Origin: Callorhinchus milii
Taxonomy: Eukaryota
DNA length: 64,000 nt
Direction: 5' to 3'
Assembly: GCF_018977255.1 (NCBI RefSeq)
Contig: NW_024704742.1
Location: 119,290,001-119,354,000, forward strand
The position numbers and the translations under genes were made by a program. Of the stretch, positions 11,481 to 22,265 are shown one piece after another; the first letter of the stretch is position 1, and the number at the start of each line of letters is the position of its first letter. The notes under the pieces were generated by a model, which saw nothing but the letters and a program-made list of their open reading frames with translations, was not told the DNA's origin and did no database searches.

Positions 11481-12818
11481 TGAGTAGGAATTGGGATCTG
11501 AACGATGCATCTGAGTCCTCATACATCTGCACTGAAGACATGAAATAAATACAGTAAAGAACAGTTACATTGGTCATTCACCTCTGGGCTGTTTGTGGGA
11601 CATTTTGGTGCACATAATGGCTGCTATGTTTGCTTATAAATGCAACTCTTATTATAACATCAGAAAAATTGTCAAAAGATTGATAGGATCTTATCTTCCC
11701 ATCAGTTTATACACATTTTTTGTTGTATTGTGCACAGGATGATAGAGCTTGTTTCTTACAAAACACTCTCTATTCTTGATCGGTGATTAGAGACTTTATC
11801 CCTGCATGTGCAGGATAATATGCCCCCTGCATAACCAAACTCTCTCAAAATCTCTTTCTTACTTAGTTGGGGTGTTGTCTATGGCAACACAGTAAGTATG
11901 GACAATGCATGATTGCAAAGATTTATCTGCCGATTGAGCTGGCTATGTCAAATTATGCAGGGTATCTGTTACACATCGCACGCCATTCAAAACACATGCA
12001 TTCTTGATGACTGTATTGATAAAATATGTAGAGATAAAATAAAGGTGCGATATAGTAAACCAGACTCCTTGTTTCAGAATTGGGTGAACCTAAGATTTGC
12101 TTTAATCCTTGCAGACCACCCAACAGAATAACTCTTTCTTTGCTTGAAGTAAGGCTCAGCATTAGAGGAAAACTTCCCTGTGGATTAGCCACTATGTTTG
12201 ATGTACTTTTGGATTTAGAATTATTTAATCAGGTCATTATACCTTTTCTCATGTTTTGTTACCCGCTTTACTTATAATTCAACATTAATCAATGTATTGA
12301 TTTGTTGCAAGCTGTAAATCATGTTCTAAGGCTAGGAACAAAATATAGTCCTTATTTCCCAAAATGTGTTTTGATACCTCAGAGCCTCAACTATTATTAA
12401 ACTCACTTGACTGTCTGTGGATTTTTTTTACTGTCTAGCATTCAGAGACAGATTTCCCTTCGGGTGATAGTATGGCCCATTTAAATAAGCCCCTGTGAGT
12501 TCTGCTGCATCCACAACATTGTGATCAGTCATAGAACATTACCACATGCAATCATAATTGCCAAAGTGGAAGTTAAAATAGCAGTACAGCATTAAATGGG
12601 TGGATTCTGAGTCGTTTGAACTTACCCAGTAAATCGGATACTATCAGATTGTTCTGAACTTTTTCAGCTTTAATTTGAAGGATTGTCCCTTATCCACCTT
12701 GCCTCTACTCTCTGGAACGCTCCGTCTTGCACTCAACAACAACAACTTGCATTCATACAGCGCCCCTCACCCAGGGTAGTGTCCCAGAATCCTCAAAATC
12801 CTCCTAAAAGAACTATTT

Positions 12819-13212
12819 GTGGAGTCCTGTAGCGTAGTGGTTAGAGCACTCACCCGCAAGCGAGGAGACCTTGGTTTGATTCCTGGCAGAGCGAAACCTT
12901 AGCCAAGTTTTCTTACTCCGCACGCCTCTGTTTACCTAGCAGTAAGTAGGAACTCGGTTGTTAGTCGATTGGCAGATTACTTTTCCAGTGGTAATAATCC
13001 CTCCACAAATAAATAAAAATTAATAATAATTTGGTCTCTCATTCCAACTGGTTGTGGGATACTGCTTTTCGCAATTGGCTGCCGCATTTCACCCACAAAA
13101 TACACAGTCAATTCACTTTACAATATATTGTCTGAAGCACTTTGAGACTTCTCAAAGACGTGATAAGGCACTATATCAAATGCAAGGATTATTCTTCTTA
13201 TTATTTCTTATT
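12819..13212 (+). mobile_element. tRNA-Ala-derived SINE, long form
   Basis: Same head and tail as 4085-4407 plus about 65 extra nt (ctgtttacctagcagtaagtagg...). Confidence 0.9.
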
Positions 13213-13414
13213 AGTTCACTCACCTCCGTCCTACACTGCCCCCCCAATCCCCCACTACTGTGTCTCCCATGGGCTCTTTGAAGTGCTTTGAGATGTTTAA
13301 CTATATTGAAGGACATTATGTAAGTTCAAGTTGTTTTTATTCCTTGTGCCTCCCCCCACAGTCTGTATGGTACTCTTCAGAATCAGCCCTGTCGAGGAAT
13401 CCAATGAAAAATAA

Positions 13415-13545
13415 TAATTTATAGGGTTTGCAGAAAAGACAGGTAAATGGAACTGAATGGATTACTCTTCTAAAGAGCCAGCACAGACATGATGGGCCAA
13501 TGGACGTCCTCTGTGCTGTAAATCTCTATGGTCCTATGATTCTAA
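13415..13545 (+). mobile_element. CR1 3' UTR fragment
   Basis: gagccagcacagacatgatgggccaatgg...ctctgtgctgtaaa.tctatg tail. Confidence 0.7.
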
Positions 13546-14419
13546 GTGAAGGGTCTTATAACTGATTCGGGACTCGGGTTCCTGGGTGACACATTGTTGG
13601 TGGCTTAGTTTAGGTCCTTTGTTGCCTGAAGATTCTCTTGTGTCACCGATGAATCAAGCATTGCTTCAACAGAACATTTTTGTTTCCTCCAATGGTCTCT
13701 TATCTTTCTTTACATTCTAACTCAAATTTGTCTAGCTCTCGATGGATCCAGGTTAATCACTTATTCAGATCAGTTGAAACCATGCTTTATTGAGGCATTT
13801 TTTAAATCTGGGAACTGCTATTGTTCTACAACTTGGACAAGAATCAGAATTTTACATTGGCATAATTCCAGTATCCTTCCTTGGCTGTTTTATTAGAATC
13901 ATAGAGGCATAGAAATTTACAGCACAGAAGGAGGCCATTTGGCATATTGAGTCGCACAAGCTCTCAAACAAGATGTTCATTCAGTCCCACAACCCTTCAA
14001 ACCTCTATCTTTCATATATGTTTCCATTTCTCTCTTGAAACCTGTAATAGACTCTGGCTCTACAACTTTATTTTGTCCTCCCGACATGAAAGGCGCTTTA
14101 CAAATGTAATTTTGTTGTTTTGTTGTTTGTTGTTTACTTGGCATGGCATTCCGCATCCCAATAACTCCCTGAGTGAAAAAAATTATGCTTTCCCTTCGCT
14201 CTTCTTGGGACTATCTTATAACGATGGCCCCCTAGTGACTGAGATCCCTCCTGGTGAAAATAGCAATTCTCTCTCTTAGTTTTTCTTTTTCTTCTTCAAC
14301 AAATAAAGAGAAAGGAAACTGTAGCATGGGATGATGGTTGTTAGTGCCCTTGGACTTGTCAAACTCTAACTTGACCTGAGAGGTCAGATTCCCAAAGCTT
14401 GCATATTAAACTTGCATAT

Positions 14420-14945
14420 TAAGCTGGCTCCATAGTGATGTGCTTGGTAATGGAAGGTCAGAATCGAGTCAATCTTCTGGTTCCTCAATTAGGTGGGTCC
14501 TCAGTAATCCGCTGCTGATGACAGACCAGCCAACCTGGTTCATCAGCAGAACTTGGAGGGGTAAACTGAGAGCAGGGATTCGTTCCACTCAGCTCCTGTT
14601 AACTCTGCAAGCCAAAGTCCTACTGGGTAGGGTGGCCTAGCTGGACAAGCAATTTGTCAGACATAGCTCTCAATGGAAGGCTATGCTGTTTTCGCTGGTA
14701 AAACTCCCAGCAGTATCCCAACCTCATCTCTGGGTCCCAAGCCTTGCCAATCTGGGGCTAATACTCTCTGGAATTAGATAAGCAGGGGACATCCTTCCAG
14801 GGAGAAAGTAAACATTCTATTCCAGTCTCCAGCAAATTTCCATGTGTAGGTGTTATATATACGGAACACTCAGTCTGGATTGGATATTTTTAAGCATTGA
14901 CATGTGTTTTGCATGTATCGGACACTTGATGACCAGAATAAAATA
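14420..14945 (+). repeat. Family X copy
   Basis: Colinear with 2880-3160/3550-3632 and 36965-37490. Confidence 0.75.
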
Positions 14946-15179
14946 CTAAGGCTGAGGGTTACATATTTTTTAATTCAATCTCGAATACTACATTAACAAT
15001 GTGTTAACAAAACACTAGAGCATGAGGGATAATACATTAAACAAACTAATTTATGAGAAAATAAGAAGATTAACTGATTAGGATACGAGCATTTATAAGT
15101 AGGCTTAGTTTGAATAATTAAATTGCCAAGTGAAATTGAAGTTTAAAGTGATCTGGTGCTAAACCACAATAATAATAAC

Positions 15180-15580
15180 CGCAACAGTTTTACATTTATA
15201 CAGTACCTTTCACCTGAGGAGGACATCTCAAAGTGCTTCACAGAACCGACTGGGAGCCCAAGCTTGTGATGGGGGGAGCTGAGGAAGGTAGGGGAGAATA
15301 GGTGACCAAAAGCCCCAGTGGGATCAGAAAAAAAGCTCTAAAGGTGCACTTTAAAGGTGGGCAGAGATGAGACGAGATGGAGGGACTCTGGGATGAGTTT
15401 CCAGAGAGCGAGGGTAGGTTGGCTGAAAGCTCATCCGCCGATGATGGGGTGGGATAGTTAAGGATATGAAGCAGCCGGTATTTGCTGAGAGGAGAGCATG
15501 GCCGGGGTGGAAGGGATTTAGGAGGTCGCAGGGTGGCACCAGGATGTGAAGGGATTTGAACGAAAGGATAAGGATCTTGA
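15180..15580 (-). mobile_element. L2 3' fragment
   Basis: FKILILSFKSLH in minus ORF; L2 tail stem-loop. Confidence 0.75.
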
Positions 15581-16204
15581 ATAAATAGTCTGCGATAATT
15601 TTTCCATTTACAGTACAGTATTTACACATGTTGCTACTCCATGCTCTTTTGAAATAAAGCATTCTTCTGGAGCAAGTTATTTCTGTGAGGGTTGGCACAA
15701 AGCAGATTTGCATCACCTAGCTGCTTCTAGTTAATGCTATAATTCCCCAAATGCCTACATCACTCACCAAGCCCTAAAATTTGATTGGGGCTTTCAATCA
15801 CAAGCAGCCTTATGGAAGGTTGAGTTGACTGCAATTACAAATGATAGGTCAAAACAGTTGGCAAGCTTTTATTATAAACAAAGTAAGAAAAACTGATGGA
15901 ACGAGTTATCCTGTTAGTGCCCCCTGCATGATAGTTCCAAAATGAGGTAACTTGCTTAAGACGTTCCAAAGTTAGCAAAAGTGGCTCTGCTGTTCGACAT
16001 AATGAAGGAGAGTACAATCAGATAAGCTTTGGAATTTGGGTTTTGTTTATTTATGCAGTCAGTTTAAAAATTTATATTCCTTGCATTTAATATAACCCCT
16101 TATTGAGTTGTTGAAACATCTTAAAGTGCTTCCCAGCAATTTGTGAAGTGAAGTGTCCATCATGTTAATGTTGTGCTCTGTATGTAGGACTTGCAATTAA
16201 TCAT

Positions 16205-16608
16205 TGATTTTTGGCAACTTTAAGATCCTCACTCTTGTCTTCAAATCCCTCCACTCCTCTGCACCCCCCTACCTCTCTGACCTCCTTTCTCCTCACAACA
16301 GTGCCCGTTGCCTTCGCTCCACCAGGTCTGGCCTCCTCCTTGTCCCTCGAATCCTCCGCTCCACCATCGGCGGCCATGCCTTCAGCCACTACGCCCCGAG
16401 GCTCTGGAACTCCCTTCCTCACTCCCTTCGCCTCACCCCCTCTCTTCCTATTTTCAATTCTCAGCTGAACACCTTTCTTTTCGAGGGCACCTTTGGTCAC
16501 TTTCTTCCCCCTCCCCCTGGCTTGGCCCCGGGATTCGTTACTGTGAAGCGTTCTGAGATGCCGTCTGCCGTGGAGGGTGCTATATAAATCCAAGTTGTTG
16601 TTGTTGTC
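16205..16608 (+). mobile_element. 5'-truncated young L2
   Basis: FKILTLVFKSLHSSAPPYLSDLL...GGHAFSHYAPRLWNSLP; (TTG)n tail. Confidence 0.9.
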
Positions 16609-16770
16609 GTACTGTTAAAATAATGGGATAAAATTTGCAGGAATTCCTTTGTCTTAATTTGCACAAAGAATGCAATTAGGAACACTACAGATTTTACCAC
16701 ATATTGATATTTTGTTGAATCCTCAAATGGATTGTTATATCACACAGATAGAAATAGCAATCAGAGCTGT

Positions 16771-17215
16771 GTATCAGCCTGGCTCAGTATTAACACTTTC
16801 ACCTCCAAGTAAGAAGATTGTGGGTTCAAGCCCATGTCGGGACTTCGAATCACACAGTGTAAGCTGACACTCCAATGCAGTGCTGGGGACGTGTTGTATT
16901 GTTGGAGGTACTGTCCTTTGGATGAGATGTTAAATCGAGGTCCCGTCGGCCTGTTCAGGTGGATGTTAAAGATCCCACAGCACTATTCCAAAAGTGATTA
17001 GAATTTCTCCCAGTGTCCTGGCTAACAATCTCCCAAATAAAATTGGTCTCTCACTTCATGACTATTTGTGGGACATCGTTGTGCGCAATTGGCTGCCATG
17101 TTTTGCCCACAAAATGCACAGTCAGTCCACTTTACAGTACATCCTGTGAGGCATTTTACGAGATCTCAAAATCATGATAGGGCGCTATCTCAAATGCAAG
17201 AATTATTATTATTAT
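16771..17215 (+). mobile_element. Full-length Deu-domain SINE
   Basis: tRNA-like head (ggctcagt, gggttcaagccc), Deu core gatgagatgttaaa.cgagg...tcaggtggatgttaaagatccca, L2 tail and (ATT)n. Confidence 0.85.
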
Positions 17216-18649
17216 AGCGCTCTATCCAATTATTGTGAATACTTGTTATTGTAAGTATTTTAAATGATTGTACCTGACCCAAGCAAACTATCTAAATGAA
17301 AGAACTGAGAGACTCAGTGGACACATGCGCAACATAGTAATGAATGGGTTAACATGCTCATTACATGAATATCTCAAACCCTTATCTAATGTTTGGAATC
17401 TCAGAAACTAAGTATATGTTAAAAGTCTCATGTTTGACATTAACTTTGTAACTCACAAGATCTTGAATAGGTTAGGTATGTCAGATCACCAGTCAAATAT
17501 TTTCCATATTAAATGGATTCCTTCGGGGTTCTATTTTTGTTTAGCCCAGGCCTCTGGGTTTAATTATTTTTCAAAGGGAGAATTATTGGTGGAGATGGTA
17601 GAGACAGCTTCAGATAGTACAGTCAGAGTCAATCCAGTCACAAATCCAGTTTGGAGGGGAAAATCCTGCATGGGATGGAGACTTGAGACCTTCAATAGGT
17701 AATTGAGTCCATTCCACCATTGATATTACTGTTTGCAAACTAAATTGCAATCTCTTCCCTGAATCCACAGAGTAGTGCCGAGGTGTAAACCTAGGTAGGA
17801 AAACCCACCAAATGGAATCTTTACAAAATCAAAGTAAGGAAAACTGATGGAAGAAGTTATCCCAAATGGAATCTTTGGAGCAGAGGGACTTTGTGAAATG
17901 TGGACTGCAGAGGTTATGGGTATGAACACAAAATATCTGAAAATTGATCTTTCACTTGAAATCATGAAGAGGTTTGAGACAGTAATGGACAGCTCTTATT
18001 GAATGCTGCATTTGCATCAAGGGCTCTAATAATAAAAATCCTTACATTTGGTGTAGTGCTTTCATGCTGGGAGGATGTCCAGTGATTCTTATGTGAGTGA
18101 ACTCAAAGTTATTAGAAAAAGCATAAAGAAGGAGATTGGAAAAAAATCTTCACATAAAAAATTATTAGGATGTGGAACACATTAGCACATGTGGCTGCTG
18201 AACCTGAGCCCATGTTATTATGTTATTTAAAAGGAGCTCCAGTGGGGAGGCATAGCCATAATGAGCTCAATCAACCTGCTCTGTGCTGAAATTCCTATCA
18301 TTCTACACTGTACTGTATTCACTTGTATACAGAAAGAAGTGAAAGAAGTTATTGCCTGGTAGAGCTCTGATCTAAGTGATTTGACCATCACTGATGCTAA
18401 AGTTTGAGTTTTTCCTGATGTTCGGGCCAACAATCCTCCAGATACAATCAATACTTCACTTTGTGTCAGTTTATGGGACATTGCTTATGCACAGATTTGC
18501 TGTCACATTCACCTATAAATACGTGATCACCACACTTTACAGTAAATCCTGTGAAACGCTTTGTGAGTTTTTGAGGGCATGATAAGGCCCATCAAATGCA
18601 AGGATATTGTTATCACTATTAATATATACAAAACCAACAAGTAAAGCTT

Positions 18650-19495
18650 AAACATACAAACATAGAAACAGGAGTAGGCTATTCAACCCCTCGAGCCATG
18701 TTATAAGATCATGGCTGATCTGTACTTCAAGTCCAGTTACTTGCCCTTGCCCCATAACCCTTAATACACTGACTTAACAAATATCTATCTACCTCCGTCT
18801 TGAAAATGTGAGTGGATCCAGCATCCACAGCATTTTGGAGGAGAGAGTTACAGATTTCCACAACTCTTTGGGTGAAAAACTGCCTCCTAATTTCACTTCT
18901 AAATGGCCTAGCTCTAATATTAAAATTATGCCCCTTTGTTCTGGATTCCCCTACCACAGGAAATAGTGTATCTGTATCTACCCTATAGAATCCCATTATT
19001 ATTTTAAAAACCTCAATCAGATTACCTTTCACATTCTAAACTGAAGGGAATAGAGACCAAGTTTTCGCAACCTGTCATCATAATTTAACCCTTTAAGCCC
19101 TGATATAATTCTTGTGAATTTTTGTTGCACCGTCTCCAGAGACAATACATCTTTGCTGAGGTGCGGTGCCCAAAACTGAACACAGTAATCCAGTTGCGGT
19201 CTGTCCAAGGCTCTATATAGTTGAAGCATAATTCATCTCCTTTATATTTTAGCCCCCTTGAGATAAAGACTAACATTCCATTAGCCTTTTCGATAACTTT
19301 TTGCACTTGTGAGCTTGTTTTTAGTGATTTGTGTATGTAGACACCCAAATCCCTTTGCTCCTCCACAGTTCTTAGATTGTCCCCATTCAGAAAATATTCT
19401 GTTTTGCTATTTTTGGATCCATAGTAGATGAACTCATGCTTCTCCACATTGAATTCCATCTGCCACACTTTTGCCCACTCACTTAAACTAACTAA
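18650..19495 (-). mobile_element. 5'-truncated CR1 LINE
   Basis: Frameshifted ORF2 end: WQMEFNVEK, KANGML, LYRALDRPQLDYCVQFWAP, FFTQRVVEICNSL. Confidence 0.92.
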
Positions 19496-20630
19496 TCTAT
19501 TTTAAGGACTGAACTTGATGCATTTCCCAATGGAAAGCCATTCATAGGTACATGTTTCCTGTTCGAATGTGCATTCTCTTACATTTGCCGATATTGAAAC
19601 CCATCTGCCACTCCTTAAGTTATCTATGGAATTGGTCCATATTTCTTGCATTCAATTTGACTGTGTTTCTGGTTATCTTTCCCCTCATAGCCCCTCAATC
19701 CCAAACCCCAGCTCAGGTGCACGTTCAGCACTGTGAAGCGCATCCTCCTGACATGAAAGGCGCCATATAAATGGAAATTGTATTGTATTTATCCTCCGTA
19801 GATTAGTTATTTTCTTTCAAAATAGCTCGATATCTAATAAATTTGACAAAGTTAAAATACATTTTCTTCTCTAAGTCAATAGTGTGCACAGCAAAGGATT
19901 AAGGACAGGACCTTTGTACAATGGGACTAATTATTACACCTTCAGCCAGCCAAGCTCTTTACATCTATCATTACTTTCTGTTTCTTGTTGCTGAAAAAGA
20001 TTTCAATCGAGTTTGTTTACTTCTCATAATTTTAGTTTCACATGTGGGACTTTAACATGTATCTATTGCATACGTCAACAACAACTAACAATAATCAGAT
20101 GTATTTAAAATATAGCGTAGTCACTGTTGCATTAGTCTATTAAAGGCTTCACAGAAGCTTAGAATATTTATTTTCATTCCTCTGCTAGTCACGCTAGCTT
20201 TGATGAAAGTTATGAGTTCTTCGAATAAAAGGAACACGAGATTTAGGATATAATTATGGAAATATTTTGTGGATTCTTTCTTTTCATGGTCCTTGTAATT
20301 TTGACCACATTGTGAATTTACAGCATGTTTTTCATTTCAGAGTGTTTCCTATTTCTGCCTAGCTAAATAATTTGGAAGATTGTGACACAAATGTCACGAA
20401 TACAGCAAAGGGAACAGATGGGGCTGTAGTCCTGCTAATTGGATCAGTTGCAGCTTCAAACACTGAAATGCACATGGCAAGTTTTACACAGGTCAATACA
20501 GGCCCATAGAAATATTCTGCAATTCTGAGATTTGGAACAACCAACTTTTACTTCAAAGAGATAATTTCAATGAAAGTGTTAAGTGGGACAGTGTGTCAGT
20601 GTGTCCCACATTCATTCAAACAGACTGTAA

Positions 20631-20813
20631 TGCTCTCTGTTTGGAAACTTTGTCAAATTTGTCCCTACTGTTTATAAATAACTCTAATGCAATTTTAAAG
20701 TATAAATAACATGAGGTTAAAGATGGAAAGTGAACGCATACTTTTAAAATTACATTCAACTTATTTATAAGTACACGGGGACAAATTTGTAAGACTTACC
20801 GAACGCAGGAGCA
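20631..20813. repeat. Degenerate 183-bp palindrome
   Basis: Nested IR blocks caaatttgtccc/gggacaaatttg, ttataaataa/ttatttataa, tgctc/gagca. Confidence 0.65.
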
Positions 20814-22074
20814 AAATGCAAACTGATCAGAGCTGAGGCCTGATCCTATGTTTAGAATGTACTAAGCTCCAGTTGACATTCTATCTTTCCTGATGAAAAT
20901 GTTTCCAGCTTTTGTAGCTTTCTTTAAGCGTTCGTGTGAAAAATGGAATGGTAAAGATGTACAGCTTCTGAAAACATCTTGTTATATTTTGCAGCTATAA
21001 AAGATTGTCAGTGTTACTTATTAAATGCAGTGAGTTTTGTTATTCAACCACGAGTATTTTAGACCAACTTGCAGCTGCAGTGACACAATAGTCATGTGGT
21101 TCATAAATTTTGCTGTGCTCAGTACCCTGAAAGAAAGCTTTCAGCGGAGGCTGCCTGACTGGAGCTGAAATGGCCGATTTGATTTACCTCTTCCCTATGA
21201 CTCCATCCCGCTGAGATTTCTCAAGCTATGATATCACTTTTAATGGCTAGCTGTAAAACAGACAGAAACCAGAGAGAAAAAAGCCTGGTCAGAAGAGGGC
21301 TAAGAGCAGCAATTTAACGATACATAATTTAAAACCTAAGAGAGGACATCTTACTTTACCTGAAAAGACATGGGTTACAATGAGGTTCAGTCAGTGGTGG
21401 AGGACAGGGATGAAAATAAGTAAATGTTTTGACAAATGGCAGCTCAGAGCAGATGAAAAGCTGTGAATTCGGAGATGCCATTTCTTTTGCCTGTGGGTAT
21501 TAATGATTCATTTCACAAGCTAAGAATACGTTAATTAAAGATGCTGTTTACTATTTAATTTAAACGTCAACACATGTGATGTAATAACACTGAGTTGAAG
21601 CAAACCAGTCTCTAATTCGATTTAATTACTAAGACAATAATAATCATATTTATTGTGTTTTGGTCATCTTCAAAGCTGTCAGTCAACTACGTGAGCGTGG
21701 TCAGGAACAAAGAACTGATGGCAGACTTGAGTCTGTGGGTCCTAAGCTTGTTCGTCTGTAAACTAAACACTTTAAATTGAGAAACAAATACAACAAATTT
21801 TACATGACTACACCTTGTAAATAAAAGGGCATTGAAAGCTATTTTGTTTAATATGTAATGGCCCTTTCATTTTGATTCTTTTGATCCGCACAAAAGAAAA
21901 TTGTAACATTGCGCAGTTTCATTGCAATAAATATGAAAACAATAAGTAAATAATTAGTCTATTTTGTGCCATGTATAAGCTGTGTATAATCACATGCAAA
22001 TTATGAGCCATGTGTAAATCATGGGTACAGTTGCAATTATAAATGCTCTTATTAAGAAGCAATTACATATTTAT

Positions 22075-22265
22075 TATTAATAATAAATAATCTTTGCATT
22101 TGATGTGGTGCCTTATTAAGTTGCCAAGATGTCTTAAACCACTTCACAGGATTTACTGGGAAGTGTAGTGAGTGTGTATCTGTAGACAAATGTGTCAGTC
22201 AATTTGAGCACAGCAATATCCCCAAAATGATGTGAAGTGTAATGAACAATGAATTGTTTTATTGG
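22075..22265 (-). mobile_element. Old SINE 3' fragment
   Basis: (AAT)n then ctttgcatttgat and Deu 3' motifs. Confidence 0.7.

Noticed and set aside
17550..17698. 149-nt open AG-GT interval
   Set aside because: Peptide unrecognised and no supporting neighbours; plausible by chance
20363..20491. 129-nt open frame after a good acceptor
   Set aside because: Weak donor (gtcaat) and no recognisable peptide; covered by the TE-poor island finding
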